Below are positions 25,140 to 36,962 of a stretch of 64,000 nt of DNA, piece by piece; the first letter of the stretch is position 1; each line of letters begins with the position of its first letter. This DNA comes from Squalus acanthias (Eukaryota). The notes under the pieces were generated by a model. That model ran no database searches. It saw only the letters and a program-made list of their open reading frames with translations, and was not told the origin of the DNA. The position numbers and the translations under genes were made by a program. The DNA lies in contig CM059432.1 of assembly GCA_030390025.1 (NCBI GenBank), forward strand, positions 59,274,001-59,338,000, given 5' to 3'.

Positions 25140-26393
25140 TGTTTTACGTACCCAAGCCAGAATATTTTCAGCCAATCAATATAGAGATGCACTACAGTCC
25201 AAGTAGAATCAGTTAACTCCTTGCCAGAGTCCTCAAGAATGAAGCCAGACTGTATGAACTAATATTACTTTATTCAAGCATCTAAGTTAACACAGCTAAT
25301 AGTGTCAGAAGGTTAAGCAGTGAAAATACAATAGGCAGTTAGGTTAAGTATTGAGGTTACATTACGCATTAAGGTAGAGGTTATTAATTAAGATTATAAA
25401 TCATTATCGGCACAAAAGTAAGTGTATTGCAGTATCAAAATTGTAGCTGGTTCTCTTGATTATGGCAGAGCAAAGATATGTCCAAAGGCCAAGATTGCTA
25501 AACAATTTAGTACGGTTAAATTTACAGATTGTGTTCAATGCTGTTGACAAGTTAACAGCTTACATATAACTTGGTTCTTCAGATCGATCAACTTTGTATT
25601 CCCATCCGTTTCATTTCCTCTTGGAAGCTTGTGGTGAATCACTGTCTGTGGCTGTTGTCTTCTTTCTTCTGACACGTATCTTCTGGTCCTGGCTAGCTCA
25701 CCTTTCTTGATACTGCTATACTATATATAAGCTCTTACACTACACTTGGAGGCATGTGCGATTAAATACCACACCAATACACTTTAAAAATTTACTATCA
25801 GTTAAACACTTAGCCGGTCTTAACTTTACAATTTCAGCTCTTAAAACTCCTTCTGCACAACTCTTTTGAAGGCTCTTTAATAACTCGTCTAATTTCTTAA
25901 AACAACTTCCTAAAACCTTCAGGCTCTGAACATTTTCTTCTTACTCTTTCTTGATCTTATTCTTCTGACTGCTCTTGTGACCATGGTATTGATATTGCTG
26001 GTTCAATTCAGCTTCTGAACAATGGTGATCCCCAAGATGTTGACAGTGGGAGACTCAGTGATGGTGGTGCCATTGAAGGTCAAGAAGAAATGGCTGGGAT
26101 TTCTCTTGTTTGAAATAGACATTACGTGGTGCGAATGTTACCTGCCACTTGTCAGTCCAAGCCTGGATGTTGTCTAGATCCTGCTGTAGGCTGGCATGAA
26201 CTGCTCCATTATTGGGGAAGTTGCGAATGGAGCCAAAAACTGTGGAATCATCACTCCTGACCGTATGACATAGGGAAGATCATTGATGAAGCAACTGATG
26301 ATGGTTGGGCCAAGGACACTTCCCTGAAGAGTTACAATGTACTGGAGTTGCAATGATTGGCCTCCGACCATCAAGCTTCATAGATCATCCACA
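25140..26393 (-). mobile_element. Possible solo LTR interrupted by a LINE fragment
   Basis: TG at 25140 and CA at 26392, flanks CCAC/CCGC; minus-strand TATATA (~25729) followed by AATAAA (25274-25269). Confidence 0.35.
25980..26372 (-). mobile_element. CR1-group lineage B internal fragment (old)
   Basis: ORF 26174..26374 contains QGSVLGPTIISCFINDLP. Confidence 0.75.
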
Positions 26394-27749
26394 CCGCCTT
26401 GGAAATATCAATTGCTGGCACAGAGTTGGGCTATTTGCCCATTAACTGCCCAGCAATTACGGTTCGTGAAAGCAGGCGCAGGAGCCTATTTCACATCTTA
26501 AAAGATCAATGTAAATGTGATTACTGCAAGTGGTGACACAGCAGGCTGTTATTTGCGCTGCAGTTGTAAAATCACCACTTTGCATTTCCCCAACAAACAC
26601 AGGACAGCATCATTTACAATCTTATCAATCGATTTTGATTGCAAATGCATTGCAAAATGATTAGTCAGCAGCCTGTTTCTGGTTCACAGAATTTACAATG
26701 TGTATTAAGAAAACATGTAAGAAGGAACTTAACAATGCTACAAAGCAATTTCAGGAAAAAAGAGAAAATATCTGTCACTAGCATTAAAAAAGGTTCATGA
26801 ATATTGGTGGAGAAAATGTGGCAAACAGACCACTCAGTTAACAGGAACTGACTGCAGAGCTGTTTGAATTGATTTTATGGATATACAGAGGAACTAATCT
26901 CATTCATCCTGTGAGGTTTGTGTGTGATGAGTAAAGCTTTTTGTGATGATGTTTTATGTTAGAACAAAGAATCCAGCACACAGACGATTAGACGGTTTTA
27001 GGCTGATTTATTAAGAGCAGATGTATATTGTGTACGTTTTGGTGGAGGAACCTTTTTTTGTCAGTCGAGTTTCATTTTAATTGTTTGGGAAGTTGAATAA
27101 GAAAGTTAAATAAAGTGAACATCTATCAGATTTCAATGACCAATCCTGTCCTTTCAAGTCAAAAATGAACAACACAACAAACAATATAATGCATCTACAA
27201 CAAGGAAAACAGATTTATCTATTACCAGTCTAAATGAGGTCTGAATAATATATTTTAATCCTGAAACTAACATTGACTATATGGCTGGGAATCTCTTTCC
27301 GAAGTTCAACATTACTTGTAGGAGTGTTGGACCTTTATTGGAGTATCAAAACAGGAAGTTGTATACATAGGGAATAATACATTGTGAGTTTGAATGAAAA
27401 AATAACCAAAATGCTGATATATGAAATAAGTCCAAGTACCAGTTTCAATAAAAGTTTTTAAAATGTAATTTCAATGTAAAAGACTGAGGGAAGTTTCTGT
27501 GGGTGTGGCTTAGTTTAGACAGCTTTTGTGGGTGTGTCTTCCCTTACGCATAGGCTGTACACTGCGCTCCTGGCCTTCTTGATGTAACATGCTGCGCACA
27601 ACTCTGCAGCGCTGAAGAGCAAGTCTTCGTTCTGGGCTTCGCATAAGGTAAGTACGTATTCATTTCATAGGTCGGCAGTGTACTCCGGAGCTACATCGCC
27701 GACTGCAATTTTTGGGCTAATCTCTTTAAATGTGCAATATCATTCTATT

Positions 27750-28768
27750 TTTTTTTTATTAGTTTATGGGACATGGGTGTCACTGGCAAGGCCAGCATTT
27801 ATTGCCCATCCCTAATTGCCCTTGAGAAGGTGGTGGCGAGCCGCCTTCTTGAACCGCTGCAGTGCTGTTAGGGAGGGAGTTCCAGGATTTTGACCCAACG
27901 ACGATGAAGGAACGGCGATATACTTCTAAGTCAGGATGGTGTGTCACTTGGAGGGGAACTTGGAGGTGGTGGTGTTCCCATGCGCATGCTGCCCTTGTCC
28001 TTCTAGGTGGAAGAGGTCGCGGGTTTAGGAGGTGCTGCCGAAGAAGCCTTGGCGAGTTGTTGCTGTGCATCTTGTAGATGGTACACACTGCAGCCACAGT
28101 ACGCCGGTAGTGGAGGGAGTGAATGTTTAAGGTGGTGGATGGGGTGCCAATCAAGCGGGCTGCTTTATTCTGGATGGTTTCGAGCTTCCTGAGTGTTGTT
28201 GGAGCTGCACTCATCCAGCCAAGTGGAGAGTATTCCATCACACTTCTTACTTGTGTCTTGTAGACGATGCAAGGGCTTTGGGGAGACAGGAGGTGAGACA
28301 CTCACCACAGAATACCTAGCTTCTGACCTGCTCTTGTTGCCACAGTATTTATGTGGCTGGTCCAGTTAAGTTTCAGGTCAATGGTGACCCCCCCCAGGAT
28401 GTTGATGGCAGGGGATTCGGCGATGGTAATGCCGTTGAATGTCAAGGGGCGGTGGTTAGACTCTCGCTTGTTGGAGATAGTCATTGCCTGGCACTTGTGT
28501 GGCACGAATGTTACCTGCCACTTATCAGCCCAAGCCTGAACATCGTCCAAGTCTTGTTGCATGCGGGCATGGACTGCTTCATTATCTGAGGAGTTGTGAA
28601 TGGCACTGAACACTGCGCAGTCATCAGCGAACAACCCCATTTCTGACCTTATGTTGGAGGGAAGGTCATTGATGAAACAGCTGAAGATGGTTGGGCCTAG
28701 GACACTGCCTTAAGGAACTCCTGCAGCGATGTCCTGGGGCTGTGATGATTGACCTTCAACCACCACAA
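27750..28768 (-). mobile_element. CR1-group LINE lineage B, 5'-truncated
   Basis: ORFs 28302..28640 (LFADD) and 27780..28301, the shared 3' UTR and an A-rich tail. Confidence 0.88.
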
Positions 28769-29454
28769 TTCAACCACTGTTCAAGGGTTTTCAAGCAGCC
28801 TGAACAGACTTTTCCAAAAACTGAATTTTGGAGTTGCCACATTGTAGAAACCTGGTGCAGTGGAAAATTTACAATGAACTTTGGAGGCATTGTGAAGTTT
28901 CTAACATACTCTTGCCTTGTAGAGATGTTATTATGAAGCTGATGGTGCCATTGCATCATAAAAGACATCAGGCCAGAAACTGCTGGAAAAATAAAAACGA
29001 ATTAACGGTGTTCACCATTATTAGTTTGTAAAAAATCCAGCAATTTGTGATGAAGAAGAGATATAACATGAGTTCTAATTCTCCACAAACTACTGGACGA
29101 TTGCATCACTCCACCGTTAACCTCACGAAAACCGGAAAAATCATCTCACCGTGAGCCTTTCCATTGAAATTAATTATGTGTTATGAAATTGCTGGATTTA
29201 CACCATTTATGCCAATTATTCTCACCGCAGTCATTTAGGGCTGGTAATTCATGTCGTAAAGTCACTTGGAGTCCCAGAAAGGGAACAATGAAGCTGTGGA
29301 GTCTCACTCCAACAAGTAGTGAAATGTTCCTAGAGGTTTCTTAAACTTTTTACCTGTCATGGCAGTATTTTTGTGCTAGTCTTGCCATCCACATTACTGT
29401 TAGTGTCAGAAGTAATAATTTTCAGGATGCAAAGCTGTTTTGACACTCAGATAT

Positions 29455-29761
29455 GCAAACTAGATAGATTTCTTTCAGAAAATAACATTTTGGGTTACAG
29501 TATATGAGTAATTTGAGACATGATGTGGTAAGTGTAGCATGGGAGCACAAAGGTGACTTAGGACTTATGATTCAGAAAGCTCTCCACCACTAATGTTTTC
29601 CTCGTGTAATTTTGGGGTCTGTTGCACACTAATTGAGAGATTAATTACTTATGATTAGTCAAGAACTCCATTATCATTGTATCATAATAGTATCAGGATG
29701 GTAGAAGTCAAACTAGATAGCCCTTGGTCTTTTTGCGCCTAGTAATTCCTATGTTCCTATG
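29455..29761 (+). mobile_element. CR1-type 3' UTR fragment
   Basis: Begins with LDRFL-type coding end and finishes with TTCCTATGTTCCTATG tail. Confidence 0.5.
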
Positions 29762-30265
29762 AAAGCAGTTCCACTGTTCCTGATCATGCTGGATGGCGAT
29801 GCTGGTTATATACTTCATGGGTCAAGAATGTTTGCACATTTCACATGCCTACACCGCAATTAATTCATTAACTTCTCAAAGACCAATGCAACAATTCCCA
29901 AACACAACTGGGTTGCAAATTCCTCCTCTTCTGCTTGTTCTTTTTTAAAAAATCTTTTTCTTCCTTTGTCTTTTTTTTAATCACTCTCTTAATCCCCTCT
30001 CTTTCTTTCCCTCCCTTCGTTTTTCTTACTGCATCTAATTTACCCTATTTACTTCTCCATCGTTCGCTGTTTCTTTCTCTATTCTTTTCTTTCATTAGTT
30101 AAGGAGATAAGACCATTATGCACAATGTTCATAAGTTCCCAGATGTGACAATAACATCACTGTGCCATTATAAATTTGCATTTCCAGAAATTTGTGATGC
30201 AAATATATTGCGATCTGAAAGGTGAGGTAAAAAGTCAAATTAACGTTGTTCACCGTGAGATCACT

Positions 30266-32706
30266 GAATCAGAGAATCATAGAATGATACAGCACAGAAG
30301 GCAGCCATTCGGCCCAGTGTCAGTGCCAGCTCTTTCAAAGAGTTATTCAAATAGTCCCATTCCCCTGCTCTTTCCCCATATCCCTGCAATTTTTTCCTTT
30401 AAGTATTTATTCAATTCCCTTTTGAAAGTTATTAGTGAATCTGCTTCCACCACCCTTTCAGGCAGTGCATTCCACATCATAATAACTCTCTGCGTAAATT
30501 TTGTTTTCCTCATGTTGCCTCTGACCTTGAATCTGTGTCCACTGGTTAACAACCATTCTGCCACTGGAAACAGTTTCTCCTTATTTACTCTATCAAAAAC
30601 CTTCATAATTTTGAACAACTCTATTAAATCACCCCTTACTTTTCTCTGTTCTAAGGAGAACAACCCCAGTTTTTCTAGTCTCTCGAAGTAACTGAAGTCT
30701 TTCATCATTGGTACCATTCTAATAAATCTTCTCTACATGCTCTCCAAGGTCTTGACATCCTTCCAAAAGTGTGGTGCCCAGAACTGGCCACAATATTCCA
30801 GCTGAGGCCTAACCAGTGTTTTATAAAGGTTTAGCATAACCGCTTTGCTTTTGTACTCTTATGCCTTCTCAACTGGTCTTGCTACCTTCAAAGACTTGTG
30901 TACGTGCATCCCCAGGTCTCTCTGTTCCTGCACCTCCTTTAAAATTGTACCATGTGATTTATATTGCCTCTCCTCATTCTTCCTACCAAAATGTATCATA
31001 TCACACTTCTCTGCATTAAATTTCATCTGCCATGTGTCTGCCCATTTCACCAGTCTGTCTACGTCCTCCTGAAGTCTGTTACTATCCTCCTCATTGTTTA
31101 CTACATTTCCGAGTTTTGTGTCATTTGCAAATTTTGAAATTATGCTCTTTAGACCCAAGTCCAGATCATTAATATATATCAAAAAGAGCAGTGGTCCTAA
31201 TACCGACACCTGGGGAACACCACTGTATACCTACCTCCAGTCTGAAAAACAACCGTTCACCACTACTCTCTGCGTTCTGTCCCTAAGCCAATTTTGTAAC
31301 TGTGTTGCCAATGTTCCTTTAATCCCTTAGGCTTTAATTTTGCTATCAACCACACTACCCTCATCAACCCTCACCATTACTTCATCAAAGAACTCGATTA
31401 AGTTAGTCAAATACGATTTGCCTTTAACAAATCCATGTTGACTTTCATTTATTAGCCCATACTTTTCCAAATGCCAATTAATTGTGTCTTGGATTATTGT
31501 CTCTAAAGTTTCCCCGCCACCAACATTAGGCTGACTGACCTGTAGTTGGCGGGTGTTTCTCGCTCCCCTTTTTTAAACAAGGGTGTAACATTTGCAATCC
31601 TCCCGTCCTCTGGCACCAACCCCATATCCAAGGAGGTTGGAAGATTGTGGCCAGAGCCTCCGCAATTTCTACCCTTACTTCCCTCAGTAAACTAGGATGC
31701 ATCCCATCCATACTGGGTGACTTTTCTACTTTGAGGGCTGCCATCCTTTTAAGTTCATCCTCTTTATCGATTGAAGACAGATGCAAAGTAATCATTTCGT
31801 ACCTCAGCCATGCCCTCTGCCTCCACAAGAATATCTCCTTTTTGGTCCCTAATGGCTCCCACCCTTCCTTTGACTATGCTGTTCACAGAATCATAGAATA
31901 GAATAATACAGCACAGAAGGAGGCCATTCGGCCCATCGAGTCTGCACCGTCTCTTTCGAAGAGCAATTCAGCTCGTCCCACTCCCCCGCTCTTATCCCAT
32001 ATCCATGCAATTTTTTCTCCTTCAAACTTTTATCCAATTCCCTTTTGAAGGCTACTATTGAATCTGTATGTACCACCCTATCAGGCAGCGCATTCCAAAT
32101 CCTAACCACTTGTTGAGTTTACTATTTATGTATTAATAAAAGCTGCTAATCTATTTTCATACTTCCTCTTTGCCCCGCTTATTTTAGATCTCCTCGGTAC
32201 TTTCTATTTTCAGCTTGGTTCTCTACTGTATTACGAACCTTACTTTTGTAATAAGCCTCCTTTTTCTGTCTCATTTTAACCTCTATATCCTTAGTCATCT
32301 AGGGAGCTCTAGGTATGCCATTCCTTTCCCCCTCATGGGAATGTGTCTACTCTGTAGCCACACTATCTCCTCTGTGAAGGCCTCCCATTGTTCAATTACT
32401 GTTTTGCCTACCAATTTTTGATTCCAATCCACCTGGCCCAGATCCCTTTTCAACTCACTGAAGTTAGCCTCCTCCAGTTAAGTATTTTTACACTTGATTA
32501 TTCCTTCTCCTTTTCCATAACTATTCTGAACCTGATATTATGATCACTGTTCCCCAAATGCTCGACCACTGAAACATGCTCCACTTCATTCCCCAGAACT
32601 AGTTCCAGCACTGCATCCTTCCTTGTTGGGCTGGAAATACACTGATTAAGTTTTCTTGTTCAAATTTCAGGAATTCCTCCCCCTTTTTACCCTTTACACT
32701 GTTACT
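30266..32706 (-). mobile_element. CR1 ORF2 relic with a nested CR1 3' fragment (31885-32110)
   Basis: ORFs 30343..30717, 30859..31209 and 31526..31828; two (CTATGATT)n tails. Confidence 0.88.
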
Positions 32707-33537
32707 GTGCTGTATTATTCTATTCTACGATTCTGTGTCTGTGTCCTGAACCTGTGCCCTCTTGTCCTGTTGCTCCGGTGTCTATGAAATGAATGTTCAG
32801 GGTTTCTTTCTCCCATAATATATTTCTAGAACATACTTCCTGAGACACAACTGAAAAAAGTTCAAACATTTTTCAGTGGGAGCATGGTCCCTTTAAACAG
32901 GTTCAGAGTTTATCTGTTACCATCTGGGCATTCATTTATCGTGATTTAAGGAAAAAGAACATGAAAGCAACCATTTTACTGGAAAGTTGTCTCTTCAATG
33001 AATGCTATTATGGACCACAGGAAATAGAACTGCCTTCAGAAACTTTCTTAAAGTGTAATTAAGCAGCTGTGTATTTAATTTTGTATTAAATTGCAGCCTT
33101 CTCCCATCCAATGAATGGGAGACAACTATTATCGATGGTACTCTCCATTAAGATGTACAATAGCTGGACTGTCTCATGAAAGGACTGCAATGTTCTTTTT
33201 CAAACAGTATACCGTGTGATATTAATTAGCTTTTTATTGAATTTAATATCAATTACAACACGTCCTTGCAATCAGTATGGCAAGATTTCACTGGCCTAGA
33301 AACTGAAAAATTGAAGCTGACCAGCAACTTGCAAGTAATATCTGTGTAATCTATCTCTTTACCTCCAATCTACCTGCACCCCTTTAGTCTCTCTCCCACC
33401 CCCCTCATTTTTTCTGCTATATATGATGCTTTCTGCTGTATTGTTGCTTTTCCTTGTGTATTTGTCTTGTAGTGGTTATAATTTTGTATAAAACATCCAT
33501 GTTCTATTAGAAAACATGATTAATGCATACTTTGCAA

Positions 33538-33887
33538 ACTCTATCTCTGTAATCTCCTCCAGCCCTACAAGCCTTTGAGATCTCGGCGCTCCTCCAATTC
33601 TGGCATCTTGTGCATTCCCACTTTTAATCGCTCCACCATTGGCGGCTGTGCTTTCAGCTGCCTTGGCCCGAAGCTCTGGAATTCCCTCCCTAAACCTCTC
33701 CGCCTCTCTACCTCTCTCTAAGTTGCTCCTTAAAACCTACCTCTTTGACCAAGCTTTTGGTCATCTGTCCTGATATCTCCTTCTGTGGCTCGGTGTCAAA
33801 AAAACTTATTGATAACGCTCTTGTTAAGCGCCTTGGACGTTTTGCTACGTTAAAGGCGCTGTATAAATGCAAGTTGTTGTTGCTGTT
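33538..33887 (+). mobile_element. L2 LINE 3' end
   Basis: YLCNLLQPY...STIGGCAFS...LWNSLP coding end, 3' UTR AAAGGCGCTGTATAAATGCAAG and (TTG)n tail. Confidence 0.85.
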
Positions 33888-34225
33888 GAATATCACGGGT
33901 CCTGCAAAAACAGCCAACATCAGAGACATTCTGGTTTATTATTTGTATCATGAATATTCAAATATCTAATTTTTTTTTTAATTATTTACATTCTTCTATT
34001 GAATTTATCCAATATTATGGTTTGCACAAATCTAAATACAAAAATCCCCAGTATGTAGGGGAGAAGGCCATAAATGGACGTACATATTAAAAAGACAATT
34101 ACAATAAAACGAACATCAATTCGGATTTATAGTAAATGAAGCACATTCCAAACCAAAATTGCCTGGGAGTTCCATTCTGGATTGTTTAGTATTGCCTTTC
34201 TCAAGCAGGATTGATTAACACCTTA

Positions 34226-34363
34226 ATCTGACGAAAGGTAAACGATCTGAAACGTTAACTCTGTTTCTCTCTCCGCAGATGCTGTCTGACCTGCTGAGTA
34301 TTTCCAGCATTTTCTGTTTTTATTTCAGATTTCCAACATCCGCAGTATTTTGGTTTTGTATTA
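34226..34363 (+). mobile_element. Penelope-like terminal repeat with truncated hammerhead motif
   Basis: 13-bp TSD GATTAACACCTTA (34213-34225, 34364-34376). Begins at CTGACGA-A-AGGT/ATCT-GAAACGTT-AACT. Confidence 0.8.
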
Positions 34364-34384
34364 GATTAACACCTTATTGTTTTT

Positions 34385-34699
34385 TAAATAAAAATGGAAA
34401 ATGCTGAAAACCCTCAGCAGGTCAGGCAGCACCTGTGAAGGGAGAAACAGAGTTAACGTTTCAGGTTGATGACCTTTCATCAGAACTGGGAGAGGTTAGA
34501 GATTTAACAGTTCATAAGCAAGTACAGAGCCGGGGGTAAAATGGGGGTGGGTGGAAAGAACAAAGGCAATATCTGCGATAGGGTGGAGGGCAGGAGAGAT
34601 TAAATGACAAAAGGGATGATGGTACAATGCAAAAGGGAGTGGTAATGTGACAGTATAAAAACAAAAGATGGGTCTAGAGGAGGTATAAATGGCAACAGT
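34385..34699 (-). mobile_element. Penelope-like element 3' fragment
   Basis: 11-bp TSD TTATTGTTTTT (34374-34384, 34700-34710); opposite-strand copy of the neighbouring repeat. Confidence 0.8.
34451..34487 (-). ncRNA. Minimal type I hammerhead ribozyme motif
   Basis: Minus strand reads AGTT-CTGATGA-A-AGGT(CATCA)ACCT-GAAACGTT-AACT: stem I AGUU/AACU, core CUGAUGA and GAAA, stem II, palindromic ACGU in place of stem III, and a UH site. Confidence 0.75.
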
Positions 34700-34777
34700 T
34701 TATTGTTTTTGATGCTTCTTAGTCTTAATCCATGAAACACAAGCACAATACAGTGTTAATCAATGATGTAACATGGA

Positions 34778-35368
34778 CACAACAACTTGCATTTATGTCG
34801 TGCCTTTAATGTACTAAAACGTCCCACGGTGCTTCACAGGAGCGTTATCAAACAAAATTCGACAACAAGCAATATAAGGAGATAGTAGGACAGGTGACAT
34901 AAAACTTAGTCAAAGAGGTAGGTTTTAAGGAGCATCTTAAAGGAGGAGAGGTAGAGAGGCGGAGAGGTAGAGAGGCGGAGAGGTAGAGGCGGAGAGGTTT
35001 CGGGGGGCCTAGGCAGCTGAAGGCACGGCCGTCAATGGTGGAATGATTAAAATCGAGGATGCGCAAGTGGCCAGAATTGGAGGAGCGCAAAGATCTCAGC
35101 GAGTTGTAGGGCTGGAGGAGGGTACAAAGATAGGGAGGGGTGAGGCCATGGAGGGATTTGAAAACAAGGATGAGAATTTTTAAATCGAGGTGTTGCTGAA
35201 CCGGGAACCAATGTAGGTCAGTGAACATAGGGGTGATGGGTAAGCGGGACTTGGTGCGAGTTAGGATATAGGCAGCAGGGTTTTGGTTGAGGTCAAGTTT
35301 ATGAAGGGTGGAAAATGAGATGCCGGCCAGGAGAGCATTGGAATAGTCAAGTCTAGAGGTAACAAACA
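34778..35368 (-). mobile_element. L2 LINE 3' portion
   Basis: ORF 34848..35369 FVTSRLDYSNALL...ITPMFTDLHWFP, plus the L2 3' UTR. Confidence 0.88.
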
Positions 35369-36674
35369 CATTTAAGACTTGCTTTAACTCCCAACATGTG
35401 TATCACCAAAATATCAACTTAGACTTGGAAAACAATTAACAAACAGAGAATAGTGCTGCAAAATTGAGTCAATGGGATAGAATTAAGATTCACCTGCAAA
35501 ATCTGGATGTTCCAATTAAATCAAGACGATATCACCAACAGACTATTTAAATACACACTTGCTGCAAATACTAAGCAAACAACTCCAACAATATACAAAG
35601 CAATGTAATATTCTGGGGGAAAACAGTAAAGAAGACAGAGGTAGTTTATTAGAAGAAATGTATTTAAAGAGCTGGGCCCTCCACACCCCAGATCAGATTT
35701 TGGCATCTAAACAATTTATTTTAGGGAACTGCCTTCTTAACAAAATGTCATATTTGTAGAGCTTATCATTGTTTTAAAAAGTGCCAAAACGATGATTCTT
35801 TATGTTTCAGTGATTGCAGGAAGAGATCACAGTGCATCAACGTGTAGAGGGTAATTGCCAACATTGACTGGTTGGGCCATACAGCCCATTATAACTTTTA
35901 TGCATTTATATGTAAATCCAATTTCAAACACCTGGATTTCATCAAGACATCCATCTGTCCCACTTCATATTTTAAGCAGCTGGTGCCTGTCTGGTCTCAG
36001 ACCCTCAGGCTTGTATGCAGATCCTCCCTTTTAAACTGAGGGACTCCATGTTAATCTCACTCTTCAATACCAAGTCTTATCTCAGATTACATAATCTAAA
36101 TTATTAAATGAAGTACAGCAACTTTTAATGGACAACAGATGGATAGGATCTTGGCACACATTTCCAAACATCTTTTATTTTTAATAAAACATATGCAATT
36201 GATTTTTTTTAAATCGTGTATAAAACATTGCTGAGCTACTACACGTATAGGTTATGCATTTTTTGTAACATTCAGTGAAGCAATGTCCATAGCCTAGAAA
36301 TTACTATCAGCGAAAAGGATTATACTGGCAGTAATAGGAGGAGAAGGAGCAGCAAATTCGGAAGTGCACATTTCCCAGTCGGTGATCATTCCAATCCATA
36401 TTGCTGGCAGCAGAAGATGGATTCTGTAAGTGCACAATGGCAGCAACAGAGCAATTATAGATATCATTATCTTTTAAGGGAGCGTGAACTACACAGCTGA
36501 GTTTGTGCATCACACATACAATACATTTTTGCTGTCCATATAATTCAGGAATTGAAACAGAGACATCATCTGTAGCAATAGGGAGTCCCAAGTAAGCAAC
36601 AGATTCTTGCACCAGTGGGACGTCTCCAGGAAGGAGCTGTTTTTGACTGAAGTTCGTTCTGTATAGACAGCACA

Positions 36675-36892
36675 ATGGGGATAGCATTCAGTGCTCTCCT
36701 GGTATGGAACTGAGCTGAAAAAGATAAGAAGGAACAGGAACAGGCTGCCAGATGTGTCGGATGGTACCAAAGGCATACTGTGTGGGCACGCCACTATTGG
36801 GTGCACCATCTGAGGCAGAGCTACCTGGCATTGACTGAATAGCAATGCCTTGGGAGGTACAGCTTAGCAGAGAGGCAGTGACTAAGTTGTGC
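36675..36892 (+). pseudogene. Harbinger (HARBI1-like) transposase N-terminal relic
   Basis: RHYWVHHLRQSYLALTE*QCLGR, then after a frameshift LSREAVTKLC, resembles the HARBI1-family motif R.SYL..SE.QCLRR.R.SR..V..LC. Confidence 0.55.
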
Positions 36893-36962
36893 TATATCTT
36901 ACATGAAGTGCTATGTCCTACATGAAAATGCACGAGCTAAAATACAAACATACCACCTAGCT

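Noticed and set aside
36307..36845. Minus-strand ORFs of 126 and 111 aa as host exons
   Set aside because: No recognisable domain; the opposite strand is better explained as a Harbinger transposase relic.
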